Under the pieces are notes generated by a model. That model saw only the letters and a program-made list of their open reading frames with translations. It made no database searches and was not told the DNA's origin. A stretch of 64,000 nt of DNA from Octopus sinensis (lineage: Eukaryota), in contig NC_043006.1 of the NCBI RefSeq assembly GCF_006345805.1, positions 68,572,001 through 68,636,000 of the forward strand. The letters run 5' to 3'. Shown piece by piece: positions 12,073-25,858 of this stretch (position 1 is its first letter; every line of letters starts with the position of its first letter). The translations under genes and the position numbers were made by a program.

Positions 12073-12275
12073 ATTTTTATTATTGTTATAGACGTTGCAC
12101 AGTATACAATATCGAGAAGTTGTTGATTGAAGATATTGTGTTTGTACAGTTTGTCAAGTCACAACAAGGACCTCAGACAAACAGTACTTTACGCAATATG
12201 TGTGCAGTTCCAAGTAATGCCAACTTTTGCAATACACCTAGATTGTAGGGTATTTCTAAAGTTTTTAGATGTTTT
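12035..12275 (-). mobile_element. R4/Dong-like non-LTR retrotransposon 3' end
   Basis: Minus frame encodes LQKLALLGTAHILRKVLFV*, typical of the C-terminus of restriction-like-endonuclease LINEs; followed by a UTR and (TAA)n. Confidence 0.75.
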
Positions 12276-12387
12276 TTTTTAGATTGGGTGGTATTGAACC
12301 CAATGCTCGGGCCAACCAAAGCCTTGTGAGTGGATTTGGTAGACGGAAACGGAAAGAAGCCCGTTGTATATATGTGTATATATATAT

Positions 12388-12441
<54 letters not shown>

Positions 12442-12908
12442 AATTATGATGATCAGGGCAGCAAGCTGGGGGAATGGTTACTGCACCAGGCAAAATGCTT
12501 AGCAGCATTTCATCCGTCTTTACATTCTGAGTTCAAATTCTACTGAGGTTGCCTTTGCCTTTCATCCTGTCAGTGGGAATAAAATAAGTACCAGTTGAAT
12601 ACTGGGGTTGATGTAATTGACTTCCCCCTTCCCCAAAATTGCTGGCCTTGTGCCTATAGTAGAAAAGATTATTATTATTATTATTATTGTTGTTGTTGTT
12701 ATTATTTAAGATAGCGAGCTAGCAGAACTGTTAGTGCACAGGACAAAATGCGTAGCGACTTTTTGTCTGCCTCTACATTCTGAGTTTAATTTCAGCTGAA
12801 GTCATCTTAGTCTTTCATCCTAAAATAAGTACCAGTCAAACACTGGGGTTCATGTAATCAACTAGTCCCTCCCACCAAATTTCAGGCCTTGTGCCTTTAG
12901 TAGAAAGG

Positions 12909-12955
<47 letters not shown>

Positions 12956-12964
12956 TGTTGTTGT

Positions 12965-13300
12965 TGTTGTTTTCAGTTGTGCATGTTTGTTTGTTCATGG
13001 ACAAGATATCTCAAGAACCATGGGATGGATTTGGATAAAACTTTCAGGGATGTTTGACCTCATGACTGACACGAACTGATTAAATTTCGGGATCAATGCA
13101 GTACCGGGCAAGGATTCTAGATTATTTTTCCTGTTTTTTTACTTAATTTTTGAGAGCAGTGAGGTTTCTTTTTAGTATTCTCATTTGTAAGAGCAGTCAA
13201 GTTTATTTCAGTCGAGTTAATTAAAATTCATCTCTGGCTAATCATTGAGAGGACATTGGTGTTGCCTTGGCGGAGGTTTGCACTCTCTGGGTTTTCTTCT
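12965..13300 (+). mobile_element. Helentron-associated (HINE/DINE-1-like) non-autonomous element
   Basis: gtttgtttgttcatggacaagatatctc..ggatggatttggataaaactt body and ccttggcggaggtttgcactct end; the 5' end is not seen. Confidence 0.55.
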
Positions 13301-13942
13301 TCTTATTATTATTATTATAATCATTATTGTTAAGGCAGCGAGCTGGCAGTATCATTAGTACGCCAGGCAAAATGCTTAATGGCATTTCATTTGTCATTAT
13401 ATTCTGAGTTCAAATCCTGCTGAGGTCGGCTTCGACTTTCATCCTCTAGGGAGCAATAGAATAAGCACCAGTTATGCACTGGGGGTCAATGTAATTGACT
13501 AGCCTACTTCCCCAAAATTTCAGGCTTTGTGCCTATAGTAGAAAATATTATTATTATTATATTATTATTACTATTATTATTGTATTCATTCTGGCTCTTA
13601 ACACTCTGAGTTCAAGTCATGCTGAGGTCATCTTTGCCTTTCATCTTCTGAGGTCACTAAAAGTACCAAATCAAATACTGGTATTGATGTAATCGACTAG
13701 ACCACCTCCTCTGAACTGCAGGCCTAAGGCTATTATTAGTAACAAGTATTATTAGTGTTGTTCTTGTGTTTTGTTGTTAAAGAAGCAAGCTGGGGGAATA
13801 ATTGGAGCATCAGGAAGAATGTCTTGTAGTATTTCTTCTAGCTCATTACATTCTGAGCTCAAATTCCACTGGGGTCAACTTTTTTGAAAGTACTGACAGA
13901 AACCACTTCCTCAAATTTATAATCTTGTACCTATGCTAGAAA

Positions 13943-14480
13943 CATCATCATCGTTTAATGTCTGGTTTCCATGCTGGCATGGGTTGGATGATTTGATTGA
14001 GGACTGGTGAACCAGATGGCTGCACCAGGCTCAATCTGATCTGGCAGAGTTTTTACAGCTGGATGCCCCTCCTAACGCCAACCACTCTGAGAGTGTAGTG
14101 GGTGCTTTTATGTGCCACCAGCACAAGGGCCAGTCAGGCAGTACTGGCAACATCCACGCTCAAATGGTGTTTTTTACGTGCCACCTGCATAGGAGCTAGG
14201 TGGCGAACATTGATATTATTTTATCTGTTAAATTATTTAGGGGCAAAGCCAGAATGTACGACTCTTTTGCCTCTCATCTTCACCATTATCATCACTTAAC
14301 ATCCATTTTCCATGCTGGCATGGCTTGGCCAGCTGGAGAGCTGCACCAGGTTCCAATTGTCTGTTTTGGCATGATTTCTATGGCTGGATGCTCTTCCTAA
14401 TGCTAACCACATTACTGGACACTTTTTACATGGCACTAGCACAGGTGCTTTTTACATGGCACCAGCATGGGTGCTTTTTA
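13943..14480 (-). mobile_element. Two adjacent RTE 3' tail fragments
   Basis: (CAT)n-tttaa..ttccatgctggcatgg..ctggatgc..ctaa occurs at 13943 and at 14288. Confidence 0.8.
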
Positions 14481-14734
14481 TCTGGTTGATTATTGGTAGT
14501 GGTGAGTGATGCAAGTTATCCTTAGATTAGAAACCTGGCTCAAATGCTTGCAGCAGGTCTAAGTGCTAATCTGGATGTTAGAATATGTCATCTGGCAAAA
14601 TTGGTAGAGTAACAGAAAAAGTACCAAATGGCATTTAGTTCCAACCCATTACATTCTAAGTTCTTATCCTCAAAGGCTAATTTTGACCTTTCATCTTCCC
14701 AAGGGTAGATGATGAAGACATCATCATCATCACC

Positions 14735-14752
14735 ATCATAATAATAATAATG

Positions 14753-14830
<78 letters not shown>
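14735..14830. repeat. (TAA)n(CAA)n microsatellite
   Basis: Direct reading. Confidence 0.95.
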
Positions 14831-14831
<1 letters not shown>

Positions 14832-14989
14832 CTTTATTTTTTCCTCCTTGCATGAGTTGGACAGGTCTTGTTGCACCAATATTTTGTGTTACACTATTTT
14901 CGTGTTTGTTTCCTCTACAAGATTTACCATCCAGCAGTCAGCTAAATTTTCCTTTTCTGAAAATTCTTTCTGTTTAGATTGACTGATAC

Positions 14990-16090
14990 CATTTTTATCC
15001 AATTGCCATCTTACACATGCATCACATAGCCATACCATCAAAGTCTTTACTTTTGCTTACTACATCTGATTCTCTATATCCAGTTTTTTTCTCTCAGTTC
15101 ATTTCTACTTCATCATTCATATACACTAACATCACACACCAATGGAGCATGTTCAACTCATTTCTTGCCTACTCCTACAGTCAATTCCCATGTTTCACAA
15201 CCATTCAGCATCACTAGAATCCCTTCGGTACTAGCAGAGGTGATAGTTACCTGAACTTTTTCCATCCCATTCTTACTCTGGCTACTCTCCTATCAGAACA
15301 TTCACCTTCACAGTTAATTAGGTCACCTAGGTACCCAAAACTATCAACTACTTCTAGTGAGTCCAGCAAGCTTTTCAAAGAATTTCCTTCACATATGCTT
15401 TCACAGCTAACTACTCCTGTACATCTGTCATACATGAAGTCTGCCTTCTCTGCTAGCTTGCTGATCTCACTACACATCTTGTACACTCACAATTTACATT
15501 GGGCACACCATATAGAATTCCTTCCTTCCCACTCTCTTTTAGCATATCAAACATGGACATTTTCCAAAGGATAGCAGAGTCCTGTCATTAATTAAAATCT
15601 ATATCTTTATTAGGTTTAGCTGGAGACCATTTTTTCTATATTTTGTTTCCATGTTTAGAATTTCATCTCTAAATTTTGGTTCTTAGTTGAATCTCAGCTG
15701 CTGGAATCAAAATGTGGTTATCCAAATCTTGATTCAAACAGCTAAGATTTAGTTGTTAGAACCAAGTCATTAGCATACAGGAGTTCCCATGGTCAGCTGT
15801 TAAAATCTGGAATGAATAATACTGAGCTAAAAACCAAACCCTGATGAACACCTATTTAATTGCAATCTAAATTCCTTGCTGAATTCATTGACAATATCAC
15901 TTTGTTGACAGCTCTCACAAGCCATTCATCAACACCTAGTTTTCTTAGTAATCACCAAACTACAGAGCATGGTACTCTGTTCAAGGACTTCTCCATATCA
16001 ACAAATATAGGAACTTCTATAGTTGTCTCACTAGGATGAGGACATCAGTGAGACCTTGCCTCAGCCCTGAAATACACCTCAATCAAAAGC
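14990..16090 (-). pseudogene. Decayed RTE LINE reverse transcriptase (ORF2) fragment
   Basis: Minus frames give FVDMEKSLNRVP..RKLGVDEWLVRAV, PWELLYANDLVL, VDSFGYLGD, RVRMGWKKFR and GCETW, with stops and frameshifts. Confidence 0.85.
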
Positions 16091-17832
16091 TAATTATCTT
16101 TCTAATTAGTTGTGCTTAATTTTCTCTTGCTTTCGTAACCTGGCTCATTTGTTTAATCCCCTTGTAGTGGCTTCTTTCTGGAGCAACTCCCTAAAAGCAG
16201 TTGATGATGACGATGCCTCTACACAAATCATTGGGTAATGTACAATACCAATTATCTACTGGAATAAATTAAATCAAATATAGCTCTCTTCAAAATATTT
16301 AGGCAACCTGCCAATGTCAGACACCACTACCACCACCACCACCACCATCATCATCATTGTTTTGACAAGAAGTTCAGGTGTGTAACAGGGTTGGTGTGTT
16401 ATGACTAGTTATGTAATGGTTTATGAGAAAACTAACACAAGTTAGAAGAGACGGGGGGAGGGGAGATTTTCAAGCATGAAATGGGATGGTTCCATCTCTC
16501 TCTCTCTCACACTCTCTCCCTCTCTCTGCAACTAAAATATAATTTTAGTTCTGTTAAGTAAGCTAACACATTGATCAATGTATGTAGGTGTTTGCATGAA
16601 TGCATGCTTCTATGTGTGTGTATATGTATGTGTGTGTGAGTGTATGTGTGTTTGTGTGTGCGACTGTGTGGAAATGTATATTTGTGTGTGCTTATATATT
16701 CAAACAGTAGTGGTATACAAATACAACTGTTGTGTGTGTGTGTTTTGACTAATTATATAGATTACTGCCTTTTAGAAATGTAAGGATTTTTTTCTTCTGT
16801 TATTTTTGCCACACACACACACACACACAAATTCTCCAGAGATTTACAGGAAAAAAACATGTATATAAATTCTTTGTACATATCATATACTCCGCATCAC
16901 ACACACACATGTACATATATATACTACACTATATGTATACACATTCTCTCACACTTTATACACACACACACATATATATAGATATCTTTTATTCTTTTAT
17001 GTATTTCAGCCAAAAAGCTGTGGCCATGCTATGGCACTGCCAGTCATACACACACACACACATATTAAATGAATATTGTAATTATCATCAGCGTTGCTGA
17101 TGATTTGATGCCTAATTTTCCATACTTACATAGGTCAGACAAAATTTGTTGTTGAAGCAGATTTCTTTTGCAGCTGGATGTTCTTGCTGTTGTCAACCCT
17201 CACCTGTTTTCAAGTAAGGTAATATTCTCCTGAGTCTGGATATTTTTCACAGAAGATTGCAAACAACACTGTTTGAATGATGGTGATGTCTGTCTATAGC
17301 TAGCATGGGATATCAAACAAGGATACACACACACAACAGACACAAGCATGTGCATTTCTGTCCATCATATTCACTCACAAGGGTTTGGTTGCCAGAGGCC
17401 ATAGCAAAAAAGACTTACTGAAGGTAGCACACAGTGGGAACTGAACCCAGAGCATGATTTAGTCTCACTGTGTTGCACAAAGCCATGCCAGTACCCTCAC
17501 CCATATGTGTGTGTGTGTGTGTATGTGCAGGTACTCTTGAATGAACAGTAGAGCATTGTTCCAGCAAATAAGATGTTAGAAAATCAAAGGCCAGCAGTCA
17601 AACTACAGTGTTCAGGACGTCCATGCTGTAAGTTCAATTAGTCGCCTGCAAATGCAAAAGGAGAATCGGAGCCATTGGACCAGAAAATAGTCCATAAAAC
17701 TGGATGTGCTCATAGGGAAAGACACTCTAGAACACCAGCTAGCCATATTCGGAGACATTGTTTACACGAATTGCAGAGATGCCTATGGAGTAATAGAGAC
17801 AAAAGGGAAATTTTACCACTATATAAATATAT

Positions 17833-18304
17833 ATCATTATTGTTTAACATCCGCTTTCCATACTGGCATGGGTTGGACGGTTTGGCAGAGGACTGGTGAG
17901 TCAGAGGCTGCACCAGGCTCAATCTGATCTAGCAAAGTTTCTACAGCTGAATGCCCTTCCTAATGCTGAGAGTGTAGTGGATGCTATTACGTGCCACTGG
18001 CATGAGGGCCAGTCAGGCGGTTCTGGCAACAACCACGCTCAAAAGGTGTTTTTATGTGCTACCTGCACAAGAGCCAGTCCAGTGGCACTGGCAATGACCA
18101 CACTCGAATGTTGCTTTTCACATGCCATCAGCACATGTTCCAGTAAGGCGACGCTGGCAATGATCACGCTTGAATGGTGCTTTTCACGAGTCACCGGCAC
18201 AGGAGCCAATCCATGGCCCTGGCAACAATCACGCTAGGATGTACTTTTAACGTTCCACTGGCATGAGTGCCAATCAGGCAGTACTGTCATCGGCCACATC
18301 AGCA

Positions 18305-18305
<1 letters not shown>
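17833..18305 (-). mobile_element. RTE 3' UTR/tail (same subfamily as 36556-37091)
   Basis: Shared diagnostic ggtgag(t/c)cagaggctgcaccaggctcaatctgatct and the same order of repeat units. Confidence 0.85.
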
Positions 18306-18335
<30 letters not shown>

Positions 18336-18696
18336 ATATTTTATGCACATATAGTATATTTGAAGGTGTATATCTTGAGTTAAACTCTATATGATCTTAG
18401 AAATAACATACTATGTTAGGTGTAAGGAACATTGGACTATAGATTGGATCAAAATTATTTTAGACAAGTTTTGGTTTTAAAGGTAGAAAAAAATGATGTG
18501 ATGTCCATATTTTTCTCTTTGGATTAATTAAAATAACTTTACACTGGATTGTCTGTGCATCTATTCAAAATATTAGGATTGTAACTGTAATGTCTATAAT
18601 TCCTCATCTCAAATCATATTTGGTGGACACCAATACTATATGTGTGTGTGTGCATACACTCACATACAAGTTTATATACATACCTCACTCCCTGCT

Positions 18697-18855
<159 letters not shown>

Positions 18856-19359
18856 AATATAAATATATATGCAGCAATGTCAGTGATATCCAGTATCAAA
18901 TTTACCAGCTCACTTGCCCTCATTCTGTCAAGTTTGTTATTACATCCAACAAATAATGTTCACCTCATTTCCAATAAACCACATTTACCTTGTTCCTTCT
19001 TTACAACTATTTCAAGCCTTTTACTTCATTGCTCAATAGTTCTTTATAGTATTTACAAAACACATCATACCATCGCTATGACCTTTGCAAACCTTTGATT
19101 TTCACTCCTAATATTTCATAGCCACATAATGCCTTCTACTTTCAGTGCCCATATTTCACTGCCATACAATGTCTGCCATCTTCATTTGCACATATTTCAC
19201 AGTCACACTGTATCTTTCACCTTCACTGTTTATATTTCACTATTACACAGTATCTTTATACTTCACTGCCCCTAGTTCAATGCCATATCACATCACACCA
19301 TTCACAAATCTTCAATACAATTTCTCAAGTTAATTGTAAATAAGAATAATAAAGGAGAT

Positions 19360-19375
19360 GACTGATGACGATGAC

Positions 19376-19407
<32 letters not shown>

Positions 19408-19480
19408 GATGATGGCTGATGATGATGGTTGATGATGATGATGGCTGATGATGATGGTGACTGATGATGACCATGATCAT
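19360..19480. repeat. (TGA)n microsatellite
   Basis: Direct reading. Confidence 0.9.
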
Positions 19481-20099
19481 AAATTTATCGAGGGTTTGTT
19501 CTTTATTTGACACTTGCTGAGTATGAGGTGAGTGGCAGTGCTTGTAACCTTTGAAGGCCCTCTATGATCAGTAAACTTGATGCTCTTAATTTTCTGCTAA
19601 AAAACCATTAGCGGTCAAAACCTGCAGTCCAAAAGATACGCGAAGAGGATTGATGATCGGTGGGTAGAGTGGAGACTAAGCATAGCAGTTAGTGGAGGGC
19701 CAGGTTGGGTTGGATGCAATAAAGGTAATGCAACCAACTAAATCCAAGGAAAAGAGGCCATTATAGCAGTGACAGAAGAGTCGGCATGCCTGCAAACCAG
19801 AAGCTGGAGAATTTTATGCCATTCAGTCAAGGGGCTCTTCTCTGGATGGGGCCCAAGATGCTTGTGTGTATATTGGCAGCACTGTCCAAGATGTTGGGGG
19901 TAATACTCTATTGTAGGCTTCTTGTAAGCCTTGTAGAAAGGGGTTCTTGACCATTTTTGCCCTTGGTTCCTATTTTACTTGGCTGGACCCTCATAGCTAT
20001 TCAAAGTTTTAAAATCTCATATTTTTATAATTAAATATTATTAGGAATTGCATAAGAAATTGTTAAAATATTTTGTGAATTGTAGAAGTAAAAGGCAAA

Positions 20100-20416
20100 A
20101 AAGGGTAAAGAAACTCTTCAGTCATGAATGACCATGGGTTGCACCTAGAAAGTTACCCTCTGAGGTAAGGTTGTTTTATGGAAGATCAGCAGTCGCCCAT
20201 GTATACCAGCCTCCTCTCTCCACACCAATGATGTTATCTAAGAGAAAGGCAAAGGTTGATACAGCTTGGCACCAGTGATGTCGCAACTCATTTCTGCAGC
20301 TGAGTGAACTAGAGCAATGTGAAATAAAGTGCCTTGCTGAATAACACAACACACAGCCTGGTCTGGAAACCAAACTCACTACCTCATGATTGTGAGCCCA
20401 ATGCTCTAACCATTGA
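20100..20416 (-). mobile_element. CORE-like SINE family D
   Basis: Reverse complement of 1057-1400. Confidence 0.8.
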
Positions 20417-20546
20417 GAGTTTATTGCTTATGAATTTTAAGAACAAAATCTTACATGGAGCCCCCACCCAAGGGTCATATGGACTTTGGTTGAAAACCAC
20501 TGTTGTAGTGTCAGCAGCTGTTAGGGGATGAAATTACTTTCTGGCC

Positions 20547-20582
<36 letters not shown>

Positions 20583-22299
20583 CACCATTTGAGATATGTC
20601 CAGTATTTGGAGCAACTGTGAGGGTTCTAACTGAGAGTTACTTACGTTTACGTGCGAGGGTTCTGCTGAGAGTCACTTATGTTTAGGATTCGTGTCTATG
20701 TGGTAGGAACCAAATGATGTTGTGACATCATGTATTTCCCAGTGAGATTAGTGAAGCTAGTACAGTGAAGCAATCATAAAGAATAAATAGCACCAAGTAA
20801 TGTTTACTTTCACCAGCTTTATCTTATAGACAAAAGAGAATTTTATATGAGGATTACTTTCTTTAATACGTTTTCATCAATTTTATTCTAGCTGTTTTAC
20901 ATTTATGTGGGTTTGATGGGTCTGACTCTCATAAAAACAACCAAGATAGTAATTTGATTTAGAAGCTGCAATGAAAATGTCTGTATAGTATTTTGAAAGA
21001 TATCACTGGGGTTACCTGTATGTATTCAGGTAATAAAACAGAGGGAGATAACAGAAGGTAGTGGAGGTGGCGGGGGGGGGGCAAGAAAAACAAAACCCCC
21101 ATCAACACATTCATACAAGAGAATACAGTAATGTATCACTTCATTGAAAGGTGCTGGGGAAGGGGGCGAATGCCATCAACCAGATTCCAACATACCAAAC
21201 CTATTTGCAAAGGATGAGGTTGATTGTTTTCAGTTCTGGTGTCTAGCAACTCATGAAACACAATACATTGCAGCTCAAACTTTACATGTGACTACAACTC
21301 ACTCCACACGTACACACATTTGTTGGTAACATTGTTATAGTTTAACCCTAGGTAAACTTTGAATAAGTAAACCTATGATCAAAGGTATTTAGCTGTAACC
21401 ATTCCATCTTTCCTATTCCAGGTAATATATCCAATAGTGGATACAATGGATGTATTGCTAGTACAAGGACCATGCTATCCAATGCGTCTCTTTCTGTCTG
21501 AAGATGGCCGCTTGTGACTGAAGGAAATTTGGTTGCTATATCTAGCATACCACTGGTTTTATCAGTAACACTGATAGTAATATCACAGGTATTTCCCCTA
21601 TCTAAACACCAATAAATAGGGAGCAGAAATGACAAATGCTTTCTGGGTAATTATTGTTTCATGTTATTTCAAACTCTGTAGTACAATCAAAATTACACGA
21701 CAGGTGGCAAATTACCAGCATACATACCATTGACATCAGCCCAGCTAGCTTTCAACAACATTAGCTTTACATAGCAGACATTTGCAACACTTATACCAAC
21801 ATAGTAATAAGACCTTAGATTTCTTAAGGCAGCAGCACCTCAATACAATGGAAACCTAGATTCTCTTGGTGGAGGACATTTCAAGTACAGATCATTGCAA
21901 GACATCAGACAAGGTGAATGATTCAGTTGTGAAATAGAACTGAACCCAGAATTAATTCTCAAAGCCAATAAGTATTTGTAACATAAGCACAAGGATACAA
22001 ACTAGCGTGAGGATTATAAGCAAGTAGTTTCACCTAGTGCTCAACTAATGTTTATTTTATTAACCTTGGATGTATGAACGACAAAGTCATCTGCAGAGTG
22101 ATTTGAACACTGAACGTAAAGATCCACAGATAAATAATCCAAAACATTTTGTTCATCACTCTAACAATTCTGTCAAGATTTTTAACCCTAGCACACATTT
22201 TGAGGGGAGAGAATACTGACTTCAGTGTTTAACTGGTAGCTTAACTACCACTCCTGTTATTACCACTATTGCAAAGCATTGATAATACTAATAATAATG

Positions 22300-22752
22300 A
22301 TGGTTTCAAATTTTCCACAAGGGCATCCATTTTGGTTGAGGGGATGAGTCGATTACACTGACTCCTAGTGTTCAACTGGTACTTATTTTATTAAACATGA
22401 CAGGCAAAGTCGACCTCAGCAGAATTTGAACTCAGAACGTAGCGACGGGTGACATACCACTAAGCATTTCGTCCAGCATGCTAACAATTCTGCCAGCTTG
22501 CCGCCTTGATGATGATAATAATAATAATAATAATAATCCTTTCTACTATAGGCACAAGGCCTGAAATTTTGAGGGAGGGGGTAAGTGGATTGCATTGACA
22601 CCAGTGCATAACTGGTACTTATTTGCTCAACCCTAAAATGATGAAAGGCAAAGTCAACCTAGGTGGAATTTGAACTCAGAATGTAAAAATGGACAAAATA
22701 CTGCTAAGCATTTTACCGGGTGTGCTAATGAATTCTGCCAGCTCACAGCCTT
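22300..22752 (-). mobile_element. Two tandem family B SINEs
   Basis: gaatttgaactcagaa B-box twice; copies joined by a (TAA)n tract. Confidence 0.85.
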
Positions 22753-22799
22753 AATAATAATAAGAAGAAAAAAAGAAAAGAAAAGAAAAGAAAACAATA

Positions 22800-23108
22800 A
22801 TAGTAATTGTCTTTGCACAGCTTCTAATGCTGGAGATGTACTATGGTGCCAGCTGTTCATTCCCAGTGAACTAAGGTAACACGCCTTATTTTTTTAGCAC
22901 CATCCGGAGTATTCAAGCAGTTCCAAGCAGTGCTGTTTTCTGCAAATGCTCCATCTTTATTGCAGCCACTATTTTTACTCGCTGTTCCCAAGACTCTGAC
23001 AATTATTGTTACTACTACCACCTTTTTCAGTGACCACAACTGCTTAACCTCCCAAGCTAACCTGTCATATCTATCAACTTTCCTTTCTTCCATTCTATGC
23101 AAAGACAA
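22800..23108 (-). pseudogene. R4/Dong-like LINE endonuclease-domain fragment
   Basis: EERKVDRYDRLAWEVKQLWSLKKVVVVTIIVRVLGT resembles the K..KY..L...W.....VPIIVGALG motif of REL endonuclease LINEs. Confidence 0.7.
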
Positions 23109-23129
23109 TAAATAATAATAATAATAATG

Positions 23130-23164
<35 letters not shown>

Positions 23165-23174
23165 TAATAATAAT

Positions 23175-23402
23175 AATGGTTTCAAATTTTGGGTACAGTG
23201 TCAGTAGTTTTTGAGGGAAGGTGAAAGTTGATTACATCCATCTCAGTACTTGACTGGTACTTATCAACTCCTGGTACTTATCAACTCCAAAATGACGAAA
23301 GGCCAAGTTGACTTTGGCAGAATTTGAGCTCAGAATGTCAAGACATGAAATGCAGCTAAGCATTTTGTCCGATATGCTGATGGCTCTGCCAGCTTGTGCC
23401 TT
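23175..23402 (-). mobile_element. Family B SINE
   Basis: Reverse Meta-like domain and B-box. Confidence 0.8.
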
Positions 23403-23404
23403 CA

Positions 23405-23822
23405 ACATCATCATCATCATCATCATCGTTTAACGTCCATTTTCCATGCTAGCATGGGTTGGACGGTTTGACCGGGGTCTGGGAAGCCAGGAGGCCCGCA
23501 CCACACTCCAGACTGATCTGGCAATATTTCTACAACTGGATGCCCTTCCTAACGCCAACCACTCTGTGAGTGTTGTGGGTACTTTTTATGTGCCGCCAGC
23601 ACAGGGGCCAAAGGAAGCTGGCAAACGGCCATGATCGGTTGGTGCTTTTTACATGTCACTGGCATGGACGCCAGTCAAGGCGGATTTGGCATCGGCCACA
23701 TTTGGATAGTGCTTTTTACGTGCCACCGGCATATGTATCACAACTACAATTTCCATTTGATTTTTATTTTGATGCTGATGTACTTGACTCAATAGGTCTC
23801 CTCAAGCACAGTAGGTCACCCT
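23405..23822 (-). mobile_element. RTE 3' UTR/tail (same subfamily as 57720-58150 and 42383-42620)
   Basis: Shares tatcacaactacaatttccatttgatttttattttgatg with the copy at about 58045. Confidence 0.85.
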
Positions 23823-24420
23823 AGAATTTGAACTCAGAATGTAAAGTATTTTGTCTGGCATATACAGATGCACACACACACACATTCCTCTATTGAAGTT
23901 TTTATCATTAATTTTTTTTTATTCTTAATCTTTAATTATGAATTGTAATTTTGATTTTATATTTTTTTCAATATTAGTTTTTCAGTATTAGTAAACTTTG
24001 TTTGACTCCTTTTTATACTAAATTTATAGCAATTACTTGCCTCCTTTAAATGTGTAGATATCCACTGTTTCATCCATCTAACCTGCTTATATGATTATCT
24101 CTTCCATCTTTCCCACCCTTACTCTCCTTTTATCCTACTTTCTTTCTTTTTTACTGTTCTCACTCTCTCTCTCTTTCATCATTACTGTTTACTTTGAAGC
24201 TAGTCTAGAAATGCCCATCCTACCTGATTTATGAGTCTGCATAATGCTACTCATATCTGAATACTGCTTTACTCCATCGACCAGACAACATTCTGAATAT
24301 ATAGACTAAATAATAAGTCCAGTTTCAAAATTAATCATATCAAATGATACACAATAACTTCTATCCTCTATGCCTCACTACTCTTTCATTTATTTACATG
24401 TCTAAGCGGATGCTTCCTTG

Positions 24421-24650
24421 CTGAGCTGGCAGAAACGTTAACATGCCATGCGAAATGCTTAGTGGTATTTCGTCTGCTGTTACGCTCTCAGTTCAAATTC
24501 CACCAAGGTCGACTTTGGCTTTCATCCTTTCGGGGTCGATAAATTAAGTACCAGTTACGCACTGGGGTCAATGTAATCAACTTAATCCCTTTGTCTGTCC
24601 TTGTTTGTCCCCTCTATGTTTAGCCCCTTGTGGCAGTGAAAGAAATAAGA
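24421..24650 (+). mobile_element. Family B SINE, long-tail variant
   Basis: Tail ttgtctgtccttgtttgtcccctctatgtttagccccttgtgg, as in 44696-45118. Confidence 0.85.
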
Positions 24651-25334
24651 TATAGGCTCCTCCACAAATTTGTATCTATATGTAGAGGATTTCATCATAC
24701 ACTCATGAAGAAATGACCACGAGGTGTATGTAGTATGATTTAATATTACATAATCATTGATTATATTCATGTTTTCTACTTTGTGAAATGATATGTCTGA
24801 TCCTTATATTATTGAAATTGTAACCAAAGAACAAATGTGATAACAGTACCTCCATTATTTCACTTGCTGTATTATACTCCAAGACTGGCAATAACATTCT
24901 GGATTTTCATTTTGTTTGAAACACTTTCTTTGACAGAAGTACTATGCTTTTCTATACACACTGTTAGCCAGTATTTGCATGAGTGCTGACTGAGGTAACT
25001 ACCTGGATTCCTGAATCACCTTTCACGATCATATATACATGCAACACCACTGTAAATCAACGTCTATAAAATATACTATCTCACTCACACAATACACATA
25101 CAACACATACATACATACATAGATACACGTTACACAGACTACCTCACACATACACACACAATATTATTATCATTATCACAACAGGACATTATGGCAATGC
25201 ATAAACAATATTAAACTGTATCCAATGATTTTACAACAGTAGATCACCACCCTTGTCTGCCAACTTTCTCGACATAACTGGCCACCACCAATGCTATCGC
25301 ATACTTCTGTTAGCTGCACAATTTCACACAATAT

Positions 25335-25620
25335 CATCAGCACTCGTGATCGTAAGGTTGTGAGTTTGATTCCAGGCAGCATGTTATATCTTTGAGCAAG
25401 ACACTTCATTTCACATTGCTTCAGTCCACTAAGCTGGTAAAAATGAGTTGTACGTGTAATTCAGAAAGGCCATCCTTGTCACATTCTGTGTTGCACAAAA
25501 TCTCCCTGAGAACAACATTGAGGGTACACATGTCTGTGGAGTGCTCAGCCACTTGCATGTTAATTTCACAAGCAGACTATTCCATTGATTGGATTGACTG
25601 GAACATGCCACATCATAACT
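25335..25620 (+). mobile_element. CORE-like SINE related to family D
   Basis: gagtttgattccagg B-box, tttgagcaagacactt CORE, cagtccact.agctg. Confidence 0.7.
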
Positions 25621-25657
25621 GATGGAGAGCCAGGCTCCACCACCAATCAACAAACAC

Positions 25658-25858
25658 TACTGTATTTTCCAGCATACAAGTCAAAGTAGTATATAGTGTA
25701 AACACATAATCATTCAGACATTGGGTACTATCTTTCTAAAACTTGCTATATTTCACATGTAGTCCTTCAAAGTTGTCTTGGCATCTAAGTCAACCTACCT
25801 TCTTTTGGCTAAATATTTTGGTCTGAAAAATTTGACTTGTATGCTGGAGGATATGGTA
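25658..25858. mobile_element. pogo/Tigger-like MITE
   Basis: Imperfect 27-bp TIRs tactgtattttccagcatacaagtcaa / ttgacttgtatgctggaggatatggta. Confidence 0.75.

Larger units (their letters stand above)
11850..13940 (+). mobile_element. Cluster of about six co-oriented family B (Meta-like) SINE copies
   Basis: Copies at about 11850, 12450, 12710, 13330, 13600 and 13780; most end in ggccttgtgcct..agaa plus an (ATT)n tail. Confidence 0.85.

Noticed and set aside
20551-20578. A28 run as the tail of a processed retrocopy
   Set aside because: No TSD or mRNA-like upstream sequence; it adjoins MITE-like remnants.
21811-21921. Short plus-strand frame DLRFLKAAAPQYNGNLDSLGGGHFKYRSLQDIRQ with a CAAG|GTGAAT donor
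   Set aside because: There is no convincing polypyrimidine tract or acceptor, and no recognisable homology.
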